In this document: positions 22,157 to 32,333 of the stretch, in pieces
Numbering within the stretch: the first letter of the stretch is position 1
Layout of the letters: every line of letters starts with the position of its first letter
From: Entomortierella parvispora E1425
Taxonomy: Eukaryota; Fungi; Mortierellomycota
Length of the DNA stretch: 64,000 bases
Reading direction: 5' to 3'
NCBI GenBank assembly: GCA_020891255.1
Contig: BQFW01000001.1
Span: 2,852,001-2,916,000 of the forward strand
Notes under the pieces: generated by a model
Seen by the model: the letters and a program-made list of their open reading frames with translations, nothing else
What the model was told of the DNA's origin: nothing
Database searches by the model: none
Made by a program: the position numbers and the translations under genes

Positions 22157-24758
22157 TATGACCTCGACGACCTTGACCCCTACAGGCACCGATAGCCATC
22201 CTCCTCCTCCTCCTCCTCCTCCTCCTCCCCTGACTACAAACGATCGACTCAGGTATTCTCTCGACCAGCCTCCACCTCCGCCATACTCGGTTCGGGCAGG
22301 TAGCCATGGGTCCACGGTCATCACTTCATCTCTCTCAGCCGCGGCAGAGGACCGACTCTTTCAGGTCCAGGAACTGGCTCGTCAATACCCCACCTCTGGC
22401 AACGGCCTCAGCTTTTCTGCCAATCAGCCCGCACTCGTCTGTGCTGACACCATGCATGACCAACAATACCTCCTTGTTGGGTCGACCAATGCACTCCACT
22501 CGATCGACCTGACCCTCCCTCAGGACAGGCAGATGTTCAAAACCCATATCCAAGGTGTGGCCTTTAAAGAGATACATTGTCTTGAGGACCTCGGACTCGT
22601 GGTCGTCATTGCAGGGAGGAACTCTCGGGTGAGGTGTTATGACTATGAGGCCATGAAGCGGCTGATCGCCTATGGGCACTCCAAGGAGGGTCAGGGTCGT
22701 GTTGTCGAGGGCGGCAAGTTAGGCTCCATGAAAAACATGATCCAGCTCCGAGTGGAGACTGCATTCTCCAAGGATGACCAATCTTCAGGACAAGACTCCA
22801 ACAACAATGGAGTCAGCAATGGATCCAGTCGTCGTCATAGGCAGAGCAGCAGTATTGATAGGTCCTTGCTCTCGCCCTTGCGAGCAGAGAGTCCAGGCTC
22901 TGGTCCAGGCCAAGGTTCTGGAAGTGGCACAGAGGATGAACGCGATCCAACCAGCAAACGATCTAAGCAACGGCCGATGAGCTTGGGCGGATTGGCATCT
23001 TTGGCGCACGACCACGTCATGAAGAACAACAAGCAACCTCAGCAGTCCACAACTACAAACACATCGGGACAGTCGACCGCTGCACCAGTCGCAGGAGCTA
23101 AATCCAAACGACTCTCACAGATGGCCTCCTACCTAAGCAATGCAGCCGCCAGCTCGACCATGGCAGCTCAGATTTTGAACAGTCAAGACTCGCCGTCTGA
23201 GGAAGCCATTTCCTGCGCAATGCGATTTACAAAAGTGAGGCAAACCAAGGATGCGATGGCACTTGATTTTCACTATACGCCGTCCACCGTCTTCATGACG
23301 GTCCTCTCAAAGACAGGGATCGATATTTATTCTAGACCAAGGACTGCGTGCGGTCGAAAGGGTCCAGCCTGGCTCCTTGCCCGCTCAAATGGACCTCAGG
23401 CTGGCCTTCGGACAAGGGAGGGACAAGGTGCGGATATTTCTGGAACAGAGACGTCAGGAAGACCGAGCACCAGCACTTTGGGCGGTATGGCATCCACCTC
23501 TCCGCCCTTGTCGACGCCCGATCACGAGCTGCTAGAGTGGAGGCAGTACAAGCAATTTTACCATCCAGAGGCGCCCAGTTTCATGACCGTTGTGAAAACG
23601 CCACAGGAGATTACGGATATTATTCTTGGGAAGGGCCCTCGGGCGTGCGTGATTAATGTCGCCAATATGAGTGTCACAGACCTTCACCGTCAGGAGAACG
23701 GAAATATGATTCAGGGGTTGGGCAAGAAACTAGGGTTTCGGTCCAGTCAGCTCTGGCACTCCTTTGAAACGATTCCCTTTGATGTGCCAGCCCATATCCT
23801 CTACCCTGCCACAGTGGAGGCGATCTATGGTCGACGGGATGAGAAAAGCAGCAGCAGTAACTACAACAGTAACTACGGTCGTGTAGGACAACAAGAGCGT
23901 GGCAGCAGCAATAGCCCCTATACCCATCATCGCGCTTCTACCATGGATACAATCCAACTTTCATCAGACCTCACGAGTCGGACGGTGCCATTGACTACGC
24001 TCCAAAGTCAGCCAATGGAAATGCCGGATTTCCCGTCGTCATCGTCGTCCAGCTCCTCGTCGAGTTCTGCCTCCCCAGAGACAGAACAGAGAACATCCAG
24101 AGAAGGACAGCATCGGACAAGTTATGATGGAGCGACCAGACGAACCATTAAGACACGTATGGTAACTTCGGACCAGGTCTTAAACATGGCGTTCAGTCAC
24201 TGCACTGCAACCCAGTTGTTTTTGTCCACCTATGGATCCCAGTCGCGGATTGTGGATCTGGGTGGTAAACCTCAGTCGCCCATTGTCCTAGAGTGGGGAT
24301 CCTTCCCGCCACAGAGCGTTGATTTTTTGAAGACCGGCAACGATATCTATGTCGTGGGGTTTGAAAAGACGTCAATCACTGTGTACTCATTGTCAACAGG
24401 AAAGAAAGTCAAGGAGATCCTGAAGCGTGATTTAGTCCAGTCCAGTGCCGGTCTGAATACATTGGCACTCGATTCACAGTCCTCACGCTCCTCCCCTCCC
24501 TCAATGTTGTCACAGAGCCCTCCCCCCTCGACAGCCGTGTCGTCTTCGTCTCTGTCCTCGAGCCTGACTTCTGCGGCTTCTTCTGCTTCAACAACTGCAA
24601 TCAAGTATCTGGGACGAGACAATGTTGCTGAGGACTCGATGGGCTTGTTTTTCAGTTACCTCCACCCCAAGAACGGAACTTCCATTTGTAAATTGGCCAT
24701 TGCGCCTCCTCCACCGGAGACACATTTGCATCAGCCCATAGAAGGATTTGATTCATAA
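22157..24758 (+). CDS. Single-exon CNH (citron homology)-like domain protein with low-complexity inserts
   Basis: ORF of ~870 aa; YLLVGSTNALHSIDL, EDLGLVVVIAGRNSRVRCYD and IVLEWGSFPPQSV resemble CNH beta-propeller motifs (recognised by eye). Confidence 0.65.
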
Positions 24759-24861
24759 ACTCAGCCAAAAGTCGTTCTTTTTTTGCAATGCGATGCGAAT
24801 CAATCAGTTTTCTGAACAATAAAAAGGCGAACATATTTATATAGATGGTGGCACTGCGACA

Positions 24862-26767
24862 CTACAAAATGATGCAGCATCCGCTCTCCTGCGGTTGGTT
24901 CCCTTGTGTCAAGGCTCCTCGCGTTGCAGCCTCAAAGACATCATCCACGCCGTCTCCTGTCAACGCACTGCATTCCAAGTGATTTCGTGCTCCAATCTCG
25001 GTCGCCACCCGTTGTGCCTAGAATAGAGTGCAACGGCAAAAATAGAATCCATGCCCACCATGCACAAAAAAAAAAAATTAAAAAAACCCCCACAAATAAG
25101 GTCAGTTAAACAAAGATCGGTGCGAACTACAATTGTCAACAATCCACCTCTTTTGGTATTACCTCGGCGGTCGTCACGAACCGAGTCGTCTTTGGGGCGT
25201 TTGCGCCTACGGATGCTTGATCGTCCCTTAGATCCTTTTTCATACCAACAAGAATAACCGGGGCTTCTGGACAATGCTCCTGAACTTCTTGGATCCACTG
25301 TGTTTGTGAAAAAAGGGTCGTTTCAATTGTCAGTCCAAATGAGGATCCTGATTACGACTGCCAAGAGGGGGAGTAGCCAATGATACCTTTGATGTCACAT
25401 TATCCAGAGAATCGGGTGTATCGACAGAGTATCCAATGAGAATGACATGGGCTTTGGTATAGGAAAGAGGTCGGAGGCGCTAATGGGAAAGAGTGTTTGG
25501 ATGGATCAGCTATGTGGACATTCATCTAAAAACTGGCAAAACATATCCACATCAACAAATCCATATGTACCTCGTATGCTTCTTGTCCACTGCCAGATAG
25601 TCAACGACGATTAAGGAGGTAAGGAGAGGGAGAAGGAAATATCATCAGCATGCAGCTAGAGGGAGTGGAAATGCAAGGCACGAACACCGAGATAGCTTTC
25701 AAAGCATCAAATCCTTGTCATCGAGATCATTACGCTGTGTCCCACAGGGCGAGCTGTACGGGTTTGCCATCAATTTTGACGTCGGTTACAAAGTTTTCAA
25801 ACACAGTTGGGTTCTAAAGGCATGAAGAGTAAACAGTTGTTAGCGCAAACGAGCCAACTATTGATGTTGTCAAAGGGGGCATGACAGCAGGTTGAGGAGC
25901 ACAGGGTGAGAGGGAAAAAGAACGAGCGAGCAGTGACAGATAGGAGAGAATGACGGGGACTGCAGGTCGAGCAAACGGGTTGCCAGCGTTTCCTTTCTGC
26001 CCCTGGCAGTGAAAGTGCAGTACAATGTACTTACATAATCCTGTAGTGAGAGTACCCGGTCAGGTCATGTCGTGGCCACGGGAGTCATTGAAGACAGAGG
26101 TCGATGAGAGTCGAAAGCGCGCGAAAAAAAAAGAGGCAGTGCAAAAAAAAAAAAAAAGGCACATTCGTTGACAGGATGCGGGACAAGATGCGGGCCAGAC
26201 CCGACAAGGGTCAGGACAGGTCAGGTAGGGTCAGGTTGGTCAGAGGGAGGAAAGAAGAACGAGGTAAGGTAGGGAGAGCACGGAAAGGCGACGAAGCAAC
26301 AGCCCATTTCATAAGGATGAGGTACAAAAGCACAGAAGAGGAGGAGAGAAAGGACGGTTTTCGTTTGTTGCAAGTCATGTCATGTAAGCAAAGGCGATGC
26401 ACAGAAGAAAGGAAGAGAAAGAGAAGTGGAGGAAGTCGTTGGTTCGTTAGTTGAGATTGCATCTAGGGCATGCATGCACCCATTGCACATTTTAGCACAC
26501 CACATTGGGGCCACATGTTGGACAAGTAGGAACAACATGCAATGCAGGCATGCAAACAATGGCGTGTAGCCACACAGTCGCCGACACGCCAACACGCGAA
26601 TGACATCCGCCTACTCGACCATCCGACCACCCGACCATTCAACGCACCTTTGGGAAGTAGCCCAGCGTGAAGACAGAGAGCAGCGATGTCTTGCCACAGG
26701 CACCGTCGCCGACAATAACTAGCTTTCTGCGGACAATGTCCCTGTCCTTGTCCTTTGCATTCGACAT
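24862..26767 (-). CDS. RHO2: Rho2-type small GTPase, 7 exons including 6-nt and 19-nt exons (not in the ORF track)
   Basis: Manual splicing gives [28 protein letters not shown]|DY|[27 protein letters not shown]|GQEAYE|[16 protein letters not shown]...|WIQE...[10 protein letters not shown]|...[19 protein letters not shown]...CCIIL*. Confidence 0.95.
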
Positions 26768-26970
26768 TGGATGTGGGTAGGTAGAGCAGGGTAAGGTTGA
26801 GGAAGGAGAGCGGTAAATAACTCAAAAACGAAAGAATGTAAAAACAAGATGGACTGGGATCGAGATGAAGGTCGGCGCGGCAATGATGGAGTGAAGGAAG
26901 AAGGAAGAGAATGGCACCATGGCATGCGCATGGGACGCTGAAAAGGGACGAAAGGCTCGCCTATTTGGGT

Positions 26971-26976
26971 CACGTG
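26971..26976. promoter_or_regulatory. CACGTG box 61 bp upstream of tRNA-Asn
   Basis: gtCACGTGac. Confidence 0.6.
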
Positions 26977-27037
26977 ACTTGATGTCCGCTGGAATATAGT
27001 GCGCTGAAGATCAGGCACTGACATCAAGTCCGAAGAT

Positions 27038-27111
27038 GCTTCCGTGGCGCAATTGGTTAGCGCGTCTGACTGTTAATCAGGAGGTTGGTGGTTCAAGCCC
27101 ACCCGGGAGCG
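27038..27111 (+). tRNA. tRNA-Asn(GTT)
   Basis: Acceptor GCTTCCG/CGGGAGC, anticodon arm TCTGA-ctGTTaa-TCAGG, GGTTCAAG T-loop, T5 terminator downstream. Confidence 0.97.
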
Positions 27112-27553
27112 ATATAGCTTCGTTTTTGCCACTTTGGGCCTGGAACACAGCGCTCCTTTTTCGTGCAGTGTATCTCTGCACCAAGTCCATGCAACTCTTT
27201 TTTTGTTTTTCAAAGGACCAACCACAACACCATAAACTTTCCCCACTGACCCTTCGGTGTACTATTGCCTTGGAAGATAAGCCTGGTACAAACCATTGTA
27301 ATTACTTACTTCGTAGCTCATCATTATCCTGAACCCCAAGAAACTGCAATATGAGATTCGGCCCGCCTAGATGAAAAGGAAAAAAAGGACAGTTGAAAAG
27401 ACGATTGACAGTCATAATATGTCTACCCCGGGATTGACGAGCAGACAAACTGGTCAGGAACGTACTGTACTTGAAAGCTCCCGCCGGGGTCAAGACTGGC
27501 AAAAAAAGGCGACATTCGTCGGTTGGATTGTTCCAGAAAACTGGAGCAAAAAG

Positions 27554-27636
27554 TGAAGAGAGTGGGATTTGAACCCACGCCTACGAATAGACCGCGGCCT
27601 TAACGCGGCGCCTTAGACCAACTCGGCCATCTCTCC
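27554..27636 (-). tRNA. tRNA-Leu(AAG) copy 1
   Basis: Acceptor GGAGAGA/TCTCTTC, anticodon arm CCGCG-ttAAGgc-CGCGG, long variable arm, GGTTCAAAT T-loop. Confidence 0.97.
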
Positions 27637-27684
27637 AACTTCTTGTTATTCTTCAATTCTCAGCCATTTTTGATTCCAGCGAAT

Positions 27685-27690
27685 CACGTG
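27685..27690. promoter_or_regulatory. CACGTG box 48 bp upstream of tRNA-Leu copy 1
   Basis: atCACGTGac. Confidence 0.6.
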
Positions 27691-27741
27691 ACTGCGGGCA
27701 CAAAGGCGTCGAGGGCAACGAAAAGGCGGTTGAGATCGCGC

Positions 27742-28182
27742 GTGGTTGCATGGGAGAAGACACAAGGTATCCGCCCCAAGATGAAGAAGCAAGCCCAGAC
27801 TGGGCAACCGTGGAACAATGCCTCTGGTACGATCTTACCACCGGACACTTGCCAATGCGGAAAGCCTAACACCGACCACCATCAAGGCCTCTGCCCTGGT
27901 GCCCAAGACAATCCCACGCTGGCCGACCAGCGCTTACTGGCTTGTGTGCGTGGCCAGGTTCACTTATCGACATTAGAAAAGATGGGGAAGATCCATTTTT
28001 TGTAACATTTTACTCTTCTTTATTACACGGTGACGAGCCGTGGCATTTGTTGCGCGGGGATCCGGGGTCTTTGTTCGTCTGGACCACGCGGCTTTGCTCA
28101 GGTTGTAGATAGTTTGGTATCGCACTTCACTTCTTTGGCTCGACATAGCAAATAAAATGTTGCAAAAAAAAAAAAAAAAAAA
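27742..28182 (+). mobile_element. 5'-truncated LINE copy L-b
   Basis: Same ORF2 C-terminus and 3' UTR as L-a; A19 tail; flanked by GGTTGAGATCGCGCGT at 27728-27743 and 28183-28198. Confidence 0.92.
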
Positions 28183-28196
28183 GGTTGAGATCGCGC

Positions 28197-28342
28197 GTGG
28201 CATTTGTTGCGCGGGGATCCGGGGTCATTTGTCGTCTGGACCACGCGGCTTTACTCAGGTTGTAGATAGTTTGGTATCGCACTTCACTTCTTTGGCTCGA
28301 CATAGCAAATAAAATGTTGCAAAAAAAAAAAAAAAAAAAAAA
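28197..28342 (+). mobile_element. 5'-truncated LINE copy L-c (3' UTR only)
   Basis: 3' UTR segment plus A22 tail, followed by GCGGTTGAGATCGCG at 28343-28357. Confidence 0.9.
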
Positions 28343-28357
28343 GCGGTTGAGATCGCG

Positions 28358-28473
28358 TCTTAGTTCGTCTGGACCACGCGGCTTTGCTCAGGTTGTGGAT
28401 AGCTTGGTCTCGCACTTCACTTCTTTGTCTCAACATAGCAAAAAAAAGCAAAAAAAAATGTTGAAAAAAAAAA
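28358..28473 (+). mobile_element. 5'-truncated, degenerate LINE copy L-d
   Basis: Diverged 3' UTR end with an interrupted A-rich tail. Confidence 0.8.
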
Positions 28474-28740
28474 TGCATGGTTTTTTTTTTTGTTGTTGTA
28501 ACTTTGATACCATTGTCGAGACCCTTGGAGAGAAGAGACTGGTCTCGCGACCAGGACAAGTATATTTTAACAATACTGAGAATGTTTGTATAATGAGATG
28601 CAACGATCTGACAAGATCACCAGAGTCAATGGCGAAGGGCGCGATTCTTGGACTCAGCATGCTGAAAAGTCAGCATGCTTTTGTATCAGTCCGGTGAATG
28701 CTCTGTAGAGGTACGTCGGATCTCCCTAAGGATGGGTATC

Positions 28741-29397
28741 TCAAGCTTGACGGCAAACAAGAATGTGTTTTGTGCATTGGGCCCTGTGGATAGAGTACTC
28801 ACAGACTTGTCTGTGCTGTTGCAGTTTTGGAATGAAGTCTGCTCTTTGCTCGACCTCGCAGCTCATTCCACTTGACTCGAGAATTTTTCGACTGGCCATA
28901 TTTTCAATGTAGGCGCTTCCACGAACAACGTCAACTTTAAACTCTTTAAAGAGGATCTCATGGACGACAAACCAGGCTGATCGAGAACTATAGCCCTGCC
29001 GCGTGTATTCGGGGCTCACCCAGTATCCAATATCCGCCAACTTGACTGGTTTGCCTGTTTCTGGATGAAGATCCTTGACATCCGGTTCAAAATAGGCATG
29101 GATCCATCCAATCAGGGGTCCATCGGGTGAGGTTCGCATAGCCCAGTGGGTGTTGAAGCCCTTCTCATGATATCCAAGAGCCCGTCGGACTCTTACCTCA
29201 GCATGCGATTCGAGGTAAGGGTATTGAAACGAAGCGGTGCCGTCGTAGATGTCTTTGGAAAGATTTAGTACCCGAACCATCTCTGGGATATCGGACATCT
29301 TCACGGTGGAGAGATAATGAGGGGGGTCACTTGAGACCATGTAGGGGCCCATGGCTGTCGGCGCTGGTGTCTGACCTTGATCCTGCTGAAGTGTCAT
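28741..29397 (-). CDS. GNAT acetyltransferase (RimJ/RimL-like)
   Basis: ADIGYWVSPEYTRQGYS, ENMASRKILESSGM; intronless, 218 aa. Confidence 0.85.
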   Translation of the reverse strand: MTLQQDQGQTPAPTAMGPYMVSSDPPHYLSTVKMSDIPEMVRVLNLSKDIYDGTASFQYPYLESHAEVRVRRALGYHEKGFNTHWAMRTSPDGPLIGWIHAYFEPDVKDLHPETGKPVKLADIGYWVSPEYTRQGYSSRSAWFVVHEILFKEFKVDVVRGSAYIENMASRKILESSGMSCEVEQRADFIPKLQQHRQVCEYSIHRAQCTKHILVCRQA

Positions 29398-30229
29398 GAG
29401 GGCGAGCGTGTGAAAGACGTGTCCTGAAAATGAGATATGAGGGGAAAAGAGGTTGTTCTTGGCAAGCCAGCTTTATAGCAGGGAAGCGACCTCTGTGAGC
29501 CCATTGATCAAGGCTGGGCAACATGCGGCGTCTCTGCTGAGGTTGACATGAAGAGAGGAAAGTGACAGACTGCTGGGAAATGATAAATCGCGGTGCGGCG
29601 GATGAGGTTCTCAAAAAATGACTGAGTTGACTCAGGGCTGGGCGCAACCTGCTTTTTTTTGAATTCGGGGGGTTTTTTTTTTTTTTTTTTTTTTTTTCGG
29701 TGGCGTCCTTGTGCATGCCTTCACAATCTGGAGACACCCTGCATACTCATTCCTCGTTCTATCCAAAAGAGGCCGAAACCCCGGTACAGGCAAAGGCTAT
29801 TGTTGTTGGGCAATTCGATTCAGTTTGGTATGAACCAGGATGTGCGTAGAGAGACAAACAAAAAAAATTTCAATCAGGTCATCTGCATGATATCTCTGGG
29901 ACAGATCGACTGTAGAGAGGGAGGGCAGGAATAGCCGTCTCTCCACCTTCTCTTGTTCGTCTCTCTCCTTCTCTCCTCTGTCGTATCGTATTAATATTCC
30001 TTCGAGACGCGGTTGTGTTGGGTAAAAAGTCTCACAAAAAAACAGGTCTTTGATCGTCTTCTCCGGGTGCTTGATTCTCTCCATTGCAACCTGCTTTGTC
30101 GTTCCCTTTTCTCGTCCTCCTATCTTTCATTTCATTTCTTCATCTCGCTTGACCTCTTATTGTGCTTGTACTGTAGTCGACTTTGTCTTCTCTCCTCCCT
30201 CCCTTCTTACCAATCATTCGCTTTCAGCA

Positions 30230-32293
30230 ATGAAGGTCGCCTACCTTCTGCCATTCCCCCTGCTGCTCGTGCCCTTCACTCACGCAGCAGATTACCTTGT
30301 CCGGTTCAAGGAGGGCGTGGCCTCCGCACATCAGCCTGTCTCTCGGATTGAGACTTTCAACTCTGTTCACACTGCGGGAGCCAACCCAAAGTTTGATTAC
30401 ACTTCCAACAAGCTCGATTTGACTGTCCTCTCACTTTCTCATGCCAAAGCCCTAGCCCATGGAAGCAAAGCACGCCACGGAAAATCCAAGGCCCAGATCG
30501 AGGCCATGGAGGCGGCAAATGAATCCCCTGCCTCTTCATCAGCGGATCCTGGCACGATTGAGATCTCATCGAAGGGTCGTTGGTTCACATTCGACGACTC
30601 TGAGTTCCATGTTTGGCACGGAGACTTTTCGGAAGAAGAGGCAGCTTTATTGGCCAACGATGCTGGTGTTGAGATGATGGAGAGGGATATGGTTATTCGT
30701 TTTGCTGAACTTGAAAAGTATAATAACCAAACCATGGCTCTTGAGATGGAGCAATTGAACGAGGCCTATGATCGCGTCGATGAGGAATTGGACAATATGG
30801 GACTTAAGAAGAAACCCTCTGAGGCAGAGGACGAAGAAGAGGTCCATATCCCCAACTTTGAGGAAGGAGTTGACAACCGTCATCGCCAATCATCTCACAA
30901 GTCCAAAACCAACAGGAAAAGCCACCATCATCACATCGCCAACGACTTCATCTCACCCGTCGATACTAAGGACGTGGCTGGACCCAACAACGCGTACACT
31001 ATTCAACAGCGTGCTCCTAGCTGGGTAAGAAGCAACATGGCTCCTTCGTCATAGTTTATTGTAAACGAGGCTGCAGAATGTGTCGCATTCTAATCACCAT
31101 CTTTGTTTTTTTTTTTGGTTTTCTAGGGCCTCCCTCGCGTCTCTCAGCGCAATCTCCCTCTCCGCACTGACTACAACTACCCCAATGCCGCTGGTCAAGG
31201 TGTTGATGTCTATGTGATTGATACCGGTATCAACATCAAGCACGTCGATTTCGAAAACCGTGCTCACTGGGGAACCACTACGGTTCCTGGCGCACCCAAC
31301 ACTGACGACAATGGTCACGGTACATTTGTCGCCGGTGTCATTGGCTCACGCACCTTTGGAGTGGCCAAGAAGGTGAACTTGATCGCTGTCAAGGGGCTGA
31401 ACAAGGAGGGTACTAGCACACTCTCCCAGATTCTAGCAGCTTTGGATTGGACGATCAAGCAGAACCAACGGTCGTCCAATCACCGCAACGTTGTCAACCT
31501 GTCACTCGGAGCGGGTTATTCCAAGGTTCTCAACTCGGCTGTTGACACCTTGGTCCAGTCTGGCATGTTTATTGTCGCAGCCGCAGGAAATGGCAATGAG
31601 CGCAACGTGGGGCAGAATGCTTGTAATTACTCTCCTGCATCAACCCCTACCGCTTTCACTGTCGGTTCGACTAACATCAACGACCAGATGTCATCTTTCT
31701 CCAACTACGGTCAATGTGTCAACATGTACGCACCTGGCGAACGTGTTCGTTCAACCTGGATCGGGCCCACAAACCGTGAGATCTACACCGACAGCGGTAC
31801 CTCCTTCTCTGCCCCCAACGTCGCTGGTATTGCGGCTTTGATCATGAGCGCAGAACGCGGTGACAGATCGGACGGCTCTTGGTCTCCCAAGAACATTGGT
31901 AACAGACTGCTGCAGCTCGGTACTCGTAATGTTGTCCGTAACTTTAAGGGCCCTGCCAACACCAACCTCTTGGCCTTTAATGGCGCTGGTATTCTGGGTG
32001 TTAACAACGGTAATGGGGGCAATGGAGGAAACGGTGGCAACGGCGACAACAGTAGTGGTGGGGACGGAGGAAATGGAGGCAACGGAGGAGATGATGGCGG
32101 AGATGGTGGCAGCGGCGGCGATAATGGCCCCTGGGTCCCTCCTTTCAATACTAACAACACCACCCCCCGCTTCGTGAATGGCGCACCTTCAATCAGCAGC
32201 ACGACCAACCTTGGATCGGCATTGAATGTCTTCCAGACTTTGACGATCCTCTCAACTTTGGGATCGACCTTCTTCATTGTGCTTTCCTTTTAG
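30230..32293 (+). CDS. Secreted subtilisin-like serine protease (S8, proteinase K type), one intron ~31024-31127
   Basis: Signal peptide, I9-like propeptide (DYLVRFKEG), YVIDTG, DNGHGTFVAG, SGTSFSAPNVAG; G/N-rich linker and hydrophobic C-terminus. Confidence 0.93.
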
Positions 32294-32333
32294 TCTTAAT
32301 GTATATATGTAGTCTTGTCATAGTCTAGTATTA

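Noticed and set aside
27742-28473. Simple tandem duplication or satellite as the origin of the LINE array
   Set aside because: Units differ in length and 5' breakpoint, carry different variants, and each has its own poly(A) tail plus a target copy
28741-29397. Intronless GNAT gene as horizontal transfer or TE cargo
   Set aside because: No TE boundary encloses it and nothing in the sequence shows foreign origin; this would need a phylogeny
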